Below are positions 8,524 through 17,664 of a stretch of 64,000 nt of DNA, in pieces. The stretch is taken from the IMG/VR virus record IMGVR_UViG_2537561978_000005; one strand, given 5' to 3'. The DNA is from a virus. Taxonomy: Duplodnaviria > Heunggongvirae > Uroviricota > Caudoviricetes. The translations under genes and the position numbers were made by a program. The notes beneath the pieces were generated by a model, which saw nothing but the letters and a program-made list of their open reading frames with translations, made no database searches and was not told where the DNA came from. How positions within the stretch are numbered: position 1 is the stretch's first letter; every line of letters begins with the position of its first letter.

Positions 8524-9607
8524 GAGCAATATTTATAAAGATCCGCGCTGGCTGTCGCTGGTGGAGAAATATAAAGACAATTGGGTACTGGCAGCAAAAG
8601 AATTGTTTGATATTGATTTAAGCCACCAGCAACAACAAATTGTTGAAGCTATACAGCCCAATAATGCAAAAGCTACTGTCACCACTCCGTATGGGATCGG
8701 ACGACCGCAAGTGCTTGCTGTTATTAGTACCCTTTATACGATTATGTATCCTGATTCCCGGACAGTAATTGTTTATCCAAAATCAAATGTTTGCAAAAGA
8801 GGAATTGTTGCATATGTGTGGCAATGTTGGGAGGCATTGCTGAAAAAACAACCTTTTATCATTGAGTATTTTAAGGTCGGTGATAGCGGTCTGATGTTCA
8901 ATGAATTTTGGGGAATGTGCTTTTGTAACTTCCGCCTTAACTATGAAGATAGCATTGCAGGTCACTACGCCGACCATCTTTTATTCATTATTGTGGATTC
9001 CGCACATATCAGCGATCGGGCATACAGCATTGTGTGGGCAAGCATGACTAGTGGTGATTCACGCATATTGCTCACTTCAATTCCGTCACCAGAGGAAATA
9101 GGCTTTTTTTATGATTCACATCATGGACGTGCTTTAGCTGAAGATAATCCGAGTGGTGTATATAAAGCCATTAAGCTGAGTGCGGAGGATTCACCATTTA
9201 TTACCCAAGAATATCTTGATCATTTTGCCGAAAGGTATGGCGGGCGAAATAGTGATGACTATCGTCGTATGATTCTTGGTGAGTTCCCTGGTATTAGGGA
9301 GGCTGTTCTTGAATCAGATATGCCGAAGACAATGCGCTTTTCGATGCCTGATGGTAGTGAATGGACAATACCATTACGAGTGATAGCCCGGCATCATGCG
9401 CAGCACCACGCCAAAAAACATGGCGTCACGACATTAGAATGGTTGAAATCGCACACCATTCCACTCTTCACTGCAGATCACAATGCTATCGTTGAGTGGG
9501 CAAAAACAATTCCGTGGGAGAATGTCGCTGAATACGCCCACATGCTAAAACCGCCGAAAGACAGGCAAGAAATTAGCTGGCTGACAGCAGAAAAAATCAT
9601 TGAGTGA
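8513..9607 (+). CDS. terminase large-subunit paralogue, ATPase-domain only, with degenerate Walker motifs
   Basis: 364 aa from ATG 8513 (AGGAAG RBS); clear homology to PacB N-terminal domain (DPRW, SHQQQQI, YFYDSHH, YGGR) but Walker A TPYGIGRP and Walker B FIIVDSA; no nuclease domain. Confidence 0.6.
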   Translation: MATKSNIYKDPRWLSLVEKYKDNWVLAAKELFDIDLSHQQQQIVEAIQPNNAKATVTTPYGIGRPQVLAVISTLYTIMYPDSRTVIVYPKSNVCKRGIVAYVWQCWEALLKKQPFIIEYFKVGDSGLMFNEFWGMCFCNFRLNYEDSIAGHYADHLLFIIVDSAHISDRAYSIVWASMTSGDSRILLTSIPSPEEIGFFYDSHHGRALAEDNPSGVYKAIKLSAEDSPFITQEYLDHFAERYGGRNSDDYRRMILGEFPGIREAVLESDMPKTMRFSMPDGSEWTIPLRVIARHHAQHHAKKHGVTTLEWLKSHTIPLFTADHNAIVEWAKTIPWENVAEYAHMLKPPKDRQEISWLTAEKIIE

Positions 9608-9612
9608 TAGTA

Positions 9613-9642
9613 AGAAGCCCGCCTGGTTGAGCGGGCTTCTTT
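9613..9642. terminator. bidirectional intrinsic terminator GAAGCCCGC-loop-GCGGGCTTC + TTTT
   Basis: 9-bp stem between convergent genes (8513..9607 and doc). Confidence 0.6.
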
Positions 9643-10023
9643 TCAAATATTGGAACCATATAGTTCACGTAGTTTTTTCGCTACTGAAGATACGGGGATT
9701 TCACCAGTTGCAGCCCCCACTGCAAGCTCCACCAGCACGGGATCATCATATACCTGTATACCGTTACGGCGTAGAAATAGCAGCGCACTGTTTAGCGCGG
9801 TACGCTTATTGGCATCATTGAATATATGCCCTCTCGCCGTAGCCACCAGGTAGGTGGCGGAGACTTCGAAAAGGTCGGTGATCTCTTCGTAGGCAACTCT
9901 GGCCTGAACTCTCCCGATAATGGCCTCTGCCCTACCCGGATCTGACATTCCCGGCAGGCCGCCGTAGCGGCTTATATTCGCATCATGAAGCGCAATAAGT
10001 TCTTCCGGTGATATATGCCTCAT
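9643..10023 (-). CDS. doc: Doc toxin (death on curing; Fic-family kinase)
   Basis: 126 aa nearly identical to recalled P1 Doc ([40 protein letters not shown]...). Confidence 0.95.
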
Positions 10024-10250
10024 TATCGGTTAACCAGTTCCTTGTTGGTGGAGTCCAGGGTGTCAAACAGGGATGCAAATTCGGCATCCAGCGCCGCTTT
10101 TTTGTAGGCTTCAAAAGTAGCCTTGCTGACAATTACTGCTGGCTCACGGCCTCTGCGGGTGATTTCAACCTCTTCCCCGGCTTCAACATTGTTGAGCACT
10201 TCAGAAAGGTTGCCGCGCGCGGTACGGAAGTTAATGGATTGCATAAACAC
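10023..10250 (-). CDS. phd: Phd antitoxin (prevent host death)
   Basis: matches recalled P1 Phd ([32 protein letters not shown]...); stop overlaps doc start (TAATG); start may be the 2nd Met (10244). Confidence 0.95.
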
Positions 10251-10352
10251 CTCGTGTGCTCGTTATGTGTACGCAATTATAGGTTTTAATGATGCTGAAT
10301 ACCACTTCTTGGTGCCTTAAATCCTCGAGATGCAGTCTTGCAATTGCTGGGA

Positions 10353-10775
10353 TTAAGCAGAATAAGTGGTTGGAATTCTGAGCAGTAATCCAATCTTGGC
10401 TATGTGCTCATATGGCAGCTCTCCGGTTTTACCATCATGTATCGAGGCTATCAGATTCAATTCTTGCGCCGCTTTACGAATTTCAGTTTCTGATGGAACA
10501 AGGCGAAAACCGATGTGTAACATTTTGATATAGAAAGGTAATAGTTCGTACTTCACCCGTAACTGTGCTGCCGCATCTTTCAAATCATGGATGATTTCTT
10601 GTTTTAAGTCAGAGCGGGGATTCGATAGCTTTGCTTGGTTAGACAATAACAGATGCGATATTTCCCCCAACTGTTCCTTGAATGAAATGTAAGACTCAAC
10701 CCCCTTGATGATGAGTCGACCTAGGACAAAAACGCTTACTCCAGTGACAACAGTGACAAAAGCAGACGAACTCAT
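10353..10775 (-). CDS. hypothetical membrane-anchored protein (AT-rich cargo gene between humD and phd)
   Basis: 140 aa with N-terminal hydrophobic helix (FVTVVTGVSVFVLGRLII); locally AT-rich. Confidence 0.5.
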   Translation of the reverse strand: MSSSAFVTVVTGVSVFVLGRLIIKGVESYISFKEQLGEISHLLLSNQAKLSNPRSDLKQEIIHDLKDAAAQLRVKYELLPFYIKMLHIGFRLVPSETEIRKAAQELNLIASIHDGKTGELPYEHIAKIGLLLRIPTTYSA

Positions 10776-10909
10776 TCGCGTACCTAAAAAGAGAATTATA
10801 ACCTCATCTTATCTTCAAGTGAGTAACCGCGTCTAATGGGAGGAATCATTTAAATGGCCAGGGCGATATAGATCCAGTCATGCCTCTCTATGGTTTCTCT
10901 GAAAACAAA

Positions 10910-11299
10910 TCATATAGCAGGACTATCATCAAATTCACCGCCCCTGGCGTCATTGATAATGTGGGTGATCACACCAAAAACAGCATTACTACCCGTGTAA
11001 CCATCGTCATCTACTGGTAACGCCTCTTTCTTCCCGGTGCTTAAATCCTCCAGGTGCTGGCGCGGATACTTCCGGTATCTTTTTACGCGATATTCTCCCT
11101 CCATAGCGCACACAAGCAGCGAACCATCAACTGGAGTAAGCGAAGAATCAACCACCAGCAAAGCACCCTGCAATATTCCCTCACGGTGATGGCTGTCTGC
11201 CGCCCGCATGAAGTATGTCGCTGATGGATGCCTGATTAGTTGCTGATCAAGAGAAATTCGGCTTTCAACATAGTCCGCCGCAGGAGAAGGGAAGCCCAT
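10910..11299 (-). CDS. humD: UmuD'-like protein (HumD), S24 peptidase fold
   Basis: 129 aa; LLVVDSSLTPVDGSLLVCAMEGEYRVKRY resembles UmuD/LexA C-terminal domain. Confidence 0.7.
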   Translation of the reverse strand: MGFPSPAADYVESRISLDQQLIRHPSATYFMRAADSHHREGILQGALLVVDSSLTPVDGSLLVCAMEGEYRVKRYRKYPRQHLEDLSTGKKEALPVDDDGYTGSNAVFGVITHIINDARGGEFDDSPAI

Positions 11300-11546
11300 A
11301 GCGTTTTCACCTCAATAATACTGTTCATTTATACAGTATACATTAAAGAGACACATTTGGTGCAAACGCGTTACGTACATCAACCACCGCAGATGATTTT
11401 GTGCGCTTTGCTACTATTCATCACCAACGAATCAGCGTAACCTCGTTGCCCGGATTAGAGAAATGCAAAACGATAATAAAGGCTAAATCGAGGTAGAAAA
11501 CACATTGTTTAAGGCCACTAATTGTGACCTCAAAGGGGAGAGATGC

Positions 11547-12098
11547 TTATTGGCTATGGCTAAAAATCAAATGAGACACTTCATGTGGTTGTAGCTCGTC
11601 AAGATCCGGGGCCACAAAACCTTTTCCGAAAGACTTCACAAGTGATTCACCAGCCGCATCATTGTCACCTATTACGCGAAAGTCATACGGCAGCATCGCA
11701 AGTTGACGGCGTAATCCTGCGGAGAAAGTTGAACCTAACAGCGCCCACGAATTGCCGCCCGCGTTGTGTACAGCTGCGCTCTTAAAAATAGACTCAGTTA
11801 TCCATATTGGGCCATCTTTTAAAGGAAGATAGGTTCCCCAAAGTAACTGTCTGCCGTGTGATCGCGTGAAATACCGGGCCATCTTCGGATTGCTATGCTG
11901 CTTAGGTGCACCTGGTCTATATGTCTGATACCCAGCCAACATCCCATCAAACCTGTAGAGAGGGAATGTAACTACTCCTTCGCTTTCATCGATCCACTGT
12001 CTATATGGGTGTATATCATGGCGGTAGTTGCGAGTTAGCAAATGAGCTTCCAGCTTTCCAAATTTTGTCATATTCCGTTCTTCCTGCATACTGGGCAT
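11547..12098 (-). CDS. hypothetical protein with TOPRIM-like motifs
   Basis: 183 aa; IWITESIFKSAAV (conserved E) and RVIGDNDAAGE (DxD-AG) resemble TOPRIM signature; unverified. Confidence 0.4.
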   Translation of the reverse strand: MPSMQEERNMTKFGKLEAHLLTRNYRHDIHPYRQWIDESEGVVTFPLYRFDGMLAGYQTYRPGAPKQHSNPKMARYFTRSHGRQLLWGTYLPLKDGPIWITESIFKSAAVHNAGGNSWALLGSTFSAGLRRQLAMLPYDFRVIGDNDAAGESLVKSFGKGFVAPDLDELQPHEVSHLIFSHSQ

Positions 12099-12373
12099 GT
12101 GTTCTCTGTGAAATATGGGAAACTATTATCCAGCTCATCTACCCACTGTTTATGGTCGAAGCAGAAAAATATCTCCCACGGCATTCCATATTCTTCCATC
12201 CATAGGCGGATCTGCATTTCTATTGGAATCGGCGGTATTGCAGACACCATATCAACAGGATAACAGTTCAGACGACGTTCCAGTTCTTCTACTCTCTTCT
12301 GGAGATGAAATATCCGATCCAGATGCACACGCCGCTCCCGTGCCATTTTAAAATAAAGCTCGCCGGTCATCAT
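12068..12373 (-). CDS. small coiled-coil protein with C-terminal FPYF...CPxCR module
   Basis: 101 aa; paralogue of adjacent ORF. Confidence 0.45.
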   Translation of the reverse strand: MMTGELYFKMARERRVHLDRIFHLQKRVEELERRLNCYPVDMVSAIPPIPIEMQIRLWMEEYGMPWEIFFCFDHKQWVDELDNSFPYFTENTCPVCRKNGI

Positions 12374-12657
12374 TAACGCCTACATTCAGGGCAAGAGTTC
12401 CCTTCTGCAAAATAGGGGAAACTGCTATCAAGCTCATCACACCATCTGCGATGGTCGTAGCACCAAAACGCCTCCCACGGTGCACGGAAATACTTCATCC
12501 ACCAGGACACTCGATCAGGTATATCTGCTGGTGGCAGTTCTTCTGGCAATAATTTGCCTGATAATTCCCTTTCCGCCCGCGACAGCATTTTTTTGAGGCT
12601 CGCGTTCTCTTTTTCAAGCTCATCTACGCGCACCTGTAATTCAGCTTTCGTTGGCAT
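12373..12657 (-). CDS. small coiled-coil protein with C-terminal FPYF...CPxCR module (tandem paralogue)
   Basis: start set to internal Met (MPTKAELQ) to avoid overlap with upstream gene; WCDELDSSFPYFAEGNSCPECRR. Confidence 0.45.
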   Translation of the reverse strand: MPTKAELQVRVDELEKENASLKKMLSRAERELSGKLLPEELPPADIPDRVSWWMKYFRAPWEAFWCYDHRRWCDELDSSFPYFAEGNSCPECRR

Positions 12658-14161
12658 GGTCCACCTCATGCTTTTCAGCCACCAGCGGCAATAAAGCCCT
12701 GGCCATCTTATGAACCAATAGTGCATCAATAATGCCAAGCGTATGCCCCGGCTTAATGTTTAATGCCGCCTCAAGGCGACACCTTTCCAGGCCACTTTTC
12801 TCGGCTTGTTTATGATGATCTGGTGTAATAACGTCGCCCAAAACACGGCTAATTCTTTCTCGTAATTGCTGGGTGCCAGCACACTTGATCGCTGTATCGT
12901 GGAGACGGTTAACCAGTTCGCGATAAACATGCGGCTTAATGCGGATACGTTCACCGGTGACGCCCTTTCCTGGCGCTGGCACCGAACTATCCGGAATATC
13001 CGGATAGTTGCCTGCCAGTCTACGCAACACAGCCTTAACGGCCTCAATACGGTCATCATCGCAACTTTCCGCCGTATCTATGCGGTCGAGCATGATGATG
13101 GCGTTATCAATATCAGGATTGCCGGTCCACTCATTACCGCGATTGGATTCGGCAGACTGGTTACCAGATGCGGGTTGATTGTCGGCCTTACCCAGCCTGT
13201 CGTCGCTGCATGAATGCCCTTCCAGCCAGGCCAATGCTTGTCGCATGAAATACGCAATATGCTTGCCGTGGTAATCGTCTTCATCGATGTGAAAAGCGAT
13301 ACTGCGGATATATTCAATTGCGTTTTCAATGGCCTCCGGCGTTACCGGTGCTGACATATTTTGATTTTGGAGTGCCAAGACGCGGCTGGCATCCTCTACG
13401 CCTTTAACTGCATCTGCGCAGTAGTTATAGCGATTGCATTCCACTAACTTCTGCTTGAGATTTTCAATTGCTTGCGCGACATCAGCCTGTATTGGCGGAA
13501 CGGCTGTTTGCTCTCGAACGTCATTAGTCGCTATCGGTTCTGCTGCCAACTGACTGGCATATTTGTTAATGGTAACGATAAGCTCTTGCTCGGCCTCATC
13601 CAGACAATCACCGATACCTCGCCTGTCACCGTCAAAATCATCGAAATCGGCACGAACTCTGGCAAACTTCAGGATTGCTGACAACACCTCACTAGGAATT
13701 ACCGGATAGTTGGTTGACGTTTCCGCGATTTCCCGAAAATTATTGGTTGACGAATTCTTGCTTTCCCGAAAGTTTCCGGACTGAAGCATGGCGGTGCGGC
13801 AGGCGTTCCATATTTCGGCAGCAATATCGCGCTCGCTATCGGTTAATTTGTACGTGGAAACATAGCCAGAGAGCATTTCTACGTTTTCCGGAGTTGCTTC
13901 TTCCGGCACTACCGGCGCTGGCGGGGCGATGCGTCCAAGCAACTTATTTACCTCTTTCGCCATCGCGTCATATTTATCTAAATGGCGATTAGCTTCTAAG
14001 CAGACTCGGCGCATCTGATCTGAGTTAACTCGTTTAACTGGATCTGCTTCCAGCGATGCCAGCGCAATCCGTGCCAGTTCCATTTGTTCACCACGGGTAA
14101 GCCCGTTTTCAAGCGGATTTTTAATGAACAATTCAATACGTTCTTTGGTAATAGTGGTCAT
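12641..14161 (-). CDS. hypothetical modular protein
   Basis: 506 aa; segment HVYRELVNRLHDTAIKCAGTQQLRERI shared with 20749..21387 product. Confidence 0.6.
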   Translation of the reverse strand: MTTITKERIELFIKNPLENGLTRGEQMELARIALASLEADPVKRVNSDQMRRVCLEANRHLDKYDAMAKEVNKLLGRIAPPAPVVPEEATPENVEMLSGYVSTYKLTDSERDIAAEIWNACRTAMLQSGNFRESKNSSTNNFREIAETSTNYPVIPSEVLSAILKFARVRADFDDFDGDRRGIGDCLDEAEQELIVTINKYASQLAAEPIATNDVREQTAVPPIQADVAQAIENLKQKLVECNRYNYCADAVKGVEDASRVLALQNQNMSAPVTPEAIENAIEYIRSIAFHIDEDDYHGKHIAYFMRQALAWLEGHSCSDDRLGKADNQPASGNQSAESNRGNEWTGNPDIDNAIIMLDRIDTAESCDDDRIEAVKAVLRRLAGNYPDIPDSSVPAPGKGVTGERIRIKPHVYRELVNRLHDTAIKCAGTQQLRERISRVLGDVITPDHHKQAEKSGLERCRLEAALNIKPGHTLGIIDALLVHKMARALLPLVAEKHEVDHANES

Positions 14162-14171
14162 GTGTTACTCC

Positions 14172-14435
14172 TTAACCCGCAGTGCTTTCAACTGATGAGG
14201 GGAACAAAATCTTTTCATCAAACCCTGCATTCATATCATGAACAGCAACACACCAATCCATCGACGAACGATTATCAAGAGTCTCCATGATTTCATCCAT
14301 GCGGCGCAGGTCATACAGGTAAATGCTTTTATCGCCAATGGTGTAAAAACCAATTTTTTTCGGTGATGGACAGCGATCAAGAACGTCCTGTAATTCGCTC
14401 AACCATGCTTGTTCTTTTTTTGTCAAAGTTGCCAT
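14172..14435 (-). CDS. hypothetical protein
   Basis: 87-aa ORF in tightly packed operon. Confidence 0.4.
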   Translation of the reverse strand: MATLTKKEQAWLSELQDVLDRCPSPKKIGFYTIGDKSIYLYDLRRMDEIMETLDNRSSMDWCVAVHDMNAGFDEKILFPSSVESTAG

Positions 14436-14436
14436 A

Positions 14437-15075
14437 TCACTCTCCTTTGATGCGAATGCCAGCGACGCGGATTGCAGCGATGACTTCAGAAACTTTGTAT
14501 GCCATTACCGTTTGGTAATCCTCGTGAAAATCTGTTCGATGAAGCATGCTGCTACGTTCTGGGAGCGATATTTCCCGTGCTTCCAGTTCTGCAATGCGCT
14601 TCTCTGCGGATTCCAACGCCGCAACCAATTCGTCTACAGTTCCGGCAGCTTGCAGTGCGTAATCGGTAATAGCCATCTCATGATCAATTTCAGTACCGTT
14701 CTCATTCGTTGAGGTGATAGCAAAATAATCAGAGTCGATTTCGTTATCAGCTAAGTGGCGTAGCGTATCGGCAACAAGCCGGCCGTTTTCGATTAGCAGC
14801 TTCCCTACCGTAAGCGCAATATCCTCGTTCTCCTGGTCGCGAGATTTGATGTATTGCTGGTTTCTTTCCAGTTCATCCAGTAATGCCAAAGCAACCTTTG
14901 GATTAAAGGCAGCAATAAATTCAGCGTTGTTTTTCAGAACGTGTTGCGCAATGGCCTGACCACTTAGTCGGACCTTATAACCACGTGCGCCACGGTGTGG
15001 TTTATATGAGTCCCAGTCTCCCCACGTTGCTTTCTCTGCCGCCTCACGCAGTGCCTGGTAATTAATTTTGCTCAC
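14437..15075 (-). CDS. ead/Ea22-like family protein
   Basis: N-terminus MSKINYQALREAAEKAT and FIAAFNPKVALALLDELE motif typical of enterobacterial prophage ead/Ea22-like proteins. Confidence 0.65.
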   Translation of the reverse strand: MSKINYQALREAAEKATWGDWDSYKPHRGARGYKVRLSGQAIAQHVLKNNAEFIAAFNPKVALALLDELERNQQYIKSRDQENEDIALTVGKLLIENGRLVADTLRHLADNEIDSDYFAITSTNENGTEIDHEMAITDYALQAAGTVDELVAALESAEKRIAELEAREISLPERSSMLHRTDFHEDYQTVMAYKVSEVIAAIRVAGIRIKGE

Positions 15076-15607
15076 TGACTGCCTCCTTCTTAATCAGTTT
15101 ACACAGGTGCTCCACAGCCACAGAGAGTGCATCCACCGCTCGTTTATCCAGACGCGGGGCCAGAGCAAGCAGTTCATTTATTGCAATCTGAATACCATGC
15201 TCCGCCGCCAGCGCCGCGCGATTGCTCTCCAGCTCTGCAATGCGCTGTTTTGCGGTATCAAGTTCAATCGATAATTTTTCCAACTGCTCTTTATGCTTCT
15301 TGTATTCCTGATATGCGTGCCAGGACTGACCTTTGCGCACACTATCAGTAATATCAGTAATCTGTTCTGGTGTTAGAGTGGTCAGTGGCTGTGCTGGGAA
15401 AATCAGCACTTTCCCGGAATCCCAATCAAAACCAGCGTGAATTGACTGAACCTCAACTGAGGGTGTTGAACCAATGCTGCCAGGCGAATGAACAACGATC
15501 GTTACATCCATATCGCGACGATGGCTGTGGTTGTTGGACAAAATACGATTCAACAAAATACGATTCACCAACTCAGAAAATTTGGAGAATTTCATGCGGA
15601 GCCTCAA
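15062..15607 (-). CDS. hypothetical coiled-coil protein
   Basis: 181 aa; C-terminal coiled-coil AELESNRAALAAE. Confidence 0.45.
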   Translation of the reverse strand: MRLRMKFSKFSELVNRILLNRILSNNHSHRRDMDVTIVVHSPGSIGSTPSVEVQSIHAGFDWDSGKVLIFPAQPLTTLTPEQITDITDSVRKGQSWHAYQEYKKHKEQLEKLSIELDTAKQRIAELESNRAALAAEHGIQIAINELLALAPRLDKRAVDALSVAVEHLCKLIKKEAVSEQN

Positions 15608-16014
15608 TATGCAAAATAGACCGTTGCCACGCCGTTATAGTGATCAAACGATACGGCGTTTACTTCATAACTGGCCGGGAGCTTCGAGCCAAGAACGTAT
15701 CCGGGCCACGTTTTCCATGGAATTTCTCTATTCTCACTACCCCCATATACCGTACATCCAAGTGAACCTACAGCTTCATTAGAACGCGTGCCGCACGTTA
15801 TGAATCCCAGATTTTGCTTACTGCTCTTAATGGTGATTGAGTGAACGCTGGCTGATGCATTAGCAGCACGCTGTGCCTGTTGGTTTGCGATATTCGCAGA
15901 GTTCGCAGCAGCTACAGCAGCCGTAGTCGCGGCGGTAGAGGCTACAATAGCTGCTGAAGCATGCACTTGTTGGATATTCACCAACAATGCCGCGATAAAA
16001 ATCATCTTCTTCAC
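15604..16014 (-). CDS. exported small protein (signal peptide)
   Basis: 136 aa; MKKMIFIAALLVNIQQVHA signal-like N-terminus; Ala/Asn-rich. Confidence 0.5.
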   Translation of the reverse strand: MKKMIFIAALLVNIQQVHASAAIVASTAATTAAVAAANSANIANQQAQRAANASASVHSITIKSSKQNLGFITCGTRSNEAVGSLGCTVYGGSENREIPWKTWPGYVLGSKLPASYEVNAVSFDHYNGVATVYFAY

Positions 16015-16733
16015 TTGTCAGCTCCTTTGCGAATCTGTTCCGCCCATTCTTCAAGGGATTTCTCCGCATATTCACCAGACAGGCCATCAATCGGATGCGC
16101 TTCATTAGCCAACTCTTCTTTCGCTGACAAAATCATGCGTGTAACGTCGAAAACTTCACGCAAAGACTTATTGATAAATCCGTGATTGAACGCAGCAGCA
16201 AGACGGCTGGCGGTATAGTTAACTCCCTCGTTGCGTGCTTCCGCACGAATTTCAGCCAGAAAAGCATCGGTGGCTGGCATATTTCCTGTTGCCTTCATGG
16301 CCTCCAAAATAACCAGAACGCCATCTCGCCCAACCTCCTCAGCGATAACCTCGGTGTTGTCGCCAACAACATCGCAGAATGCCTGAACTGCCTTACGAGC
16401 CAGTTCATTCTCCGCCGCCAGCGCCGCGAGATTAGTCTCAAGCTCTGCAATTCGACACATAGCATCAATATTTGTGTCCTCCAGGCGCTTAATTTCACCA
16501 AGAAGCTCCAGTGCAACCTTTGGGTTGAACGCGGCAACATAACGAGCGTTGTTCTCTGCATTTTTCTGTCCATCAAAGCCGGTCCATTTGATAACGTCTT
16601 CACATCGTTCATCACCGGGCGTGTGCACCGCATAAGTACCAGTATCCGTCGAAATAAATGCGACCCATTCGTCTGGTGTTGCCTTTTCTGCCGCCTCACG
16701 CAGTACCTGATAGTCAATTGTCATTCTCGCCAT
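16011..16733 (-). CDS. ead/Ea22-like family protein
   Basis: DYQVLREAAEKATPDEW and YVAAFNPKVALELLGEIK motifs; C-terminal module shared with 19942..20445. Confidence 0.65.
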   Translation of the reverse strand: MARMTIDYQVLREAAEKATPDEWVAFISTDTGTYAVHTPGDERCEDVIKWTGFDGQKNAENNARYVAAFNPKVALELLGEIKRLEDTNIDAMCRIAELETNLAALAAENELARKAVQAFCDVVGDNTEVIAEEVGRDGVLVILEAMKATGNMPATDAFLAEIRAEARNEGVNYTASRLAAAFNHGFINKSLREVFDVTRMILSAKEELANEAHPIDGLSGEYAEKSLEEWAEQIRKGADK

Positions 16734-17365
16734 CCTTCACAGTTGTAATCACGACAGCCTTCAAAATCATATGGGCTGTACTGCCAGGTTATTTTTCCGC
16801 AATGCGGACAATTCCAACGCACCTTCCCGCTTCGCGACTTCTTTCTTCTGTTCTGCTCTTTCAACCAGTCAGGCATGACCAAACCTGCGCCCTGAACCAT
16901 TGTTCTGCGGTTAAAGTTATTGATATTGAACGTCCGGCGCTTTGCTGCATCAGCAATGGAAAATGGCAACCAAACTATTCCTGGTTCGTTTTTGTTGGCG
17001 AAGCTAAAGATGGTCGCTTTACTGAAGTCATCTGTTGGCAATCCACCGTGTTGAAGCCAGTAAACATCGTTGCCGTTCCAGCTACCTTTTTTGTAGGCCA
17101 CATACTCAGTGCAATCTGACTCAATCAGGCTTTCTGTAGGGATGTACTGGCAATCAACGTGCCACACAGCCATTGCATCCACACTATCGGCACAAACAGG
17201 CTGATCGATATCTCGCCCACAATTCCAGGCTTTTTGGGCTTCTTCCAGCGTGTAAATATGAGCGCGATCGATATCAGAACTGTAACCATTGCCGTTATGG
17301 CAATGGAATGAGGCGTTATTACCCACAGTTTCACGCAAGCACATCATGTAAAAGCGGTTATTCAC
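16721..17365 (-). CDS. hypothetical Cys-rich protein with C-terminal zinc-ribbon-like CPHCG...C..C
   Basis: 214-aa ORF. Confidence 0.5.
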   Translation of the reverse strand: MNNRFYMMCLRETVGNNASFHCHNGNGYSSDIDRAHIYTLEEAQKAWNCGRDIDQPVCADSVDAMAVWHVDCQYIPTESLIESDCTEYVAYKKGSWNGNDVYWLQHGGLPTDDFSKATIFSFANKNEPGIVWLPFSIADAAKRRTFNINNFNRRTMVQGAGLVMPDWLKEQNRRKKSRSGKVRWNCPHCGKITWQYSPYDFEGCRDYNCEGWRE

Positions 17366-17651
17366 TGGTTGCCTCCGCTTCCCACGTTTTCAGACTTTCA
17401 CCACAGAATGGGCAAAATGAAACTCGAATAGGCGATTTAGAAAATTCACCAGACCGCAGCATGATCAGGTCTTGTGAATGAATTAATTCATGGTTATAGA
17501 TTTTGTATTTCAGCAGACCTTTCCGCGTCGTGTATTCAGCATCCTGCTCCAGAGATTGTGCCAACGCCGCGCACGGTTCTATTTTTTTGTCATTAATCAA
17601 ACAAGTGGAGATTCTGCACTTTGCAGCTCCGTCACCATTACCTTGACTCAT
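17358..17651 (-). CDS. hypothetical protein
   Basis: 97-aa ORF overlapping neighbours. Confidence 0.4.
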   Translation of the reverse strand: MSQGNGDGAAKCRISTCLINDKKIEPCAALAQSLEQDAEYTTRKGLLKYKIYNHELIHSQDLIMLRSGEFSKSPIRVSFCPFCGESLKTWEAEATSE

Positions 17652-17664
17652 TGCATTGCTCCCA

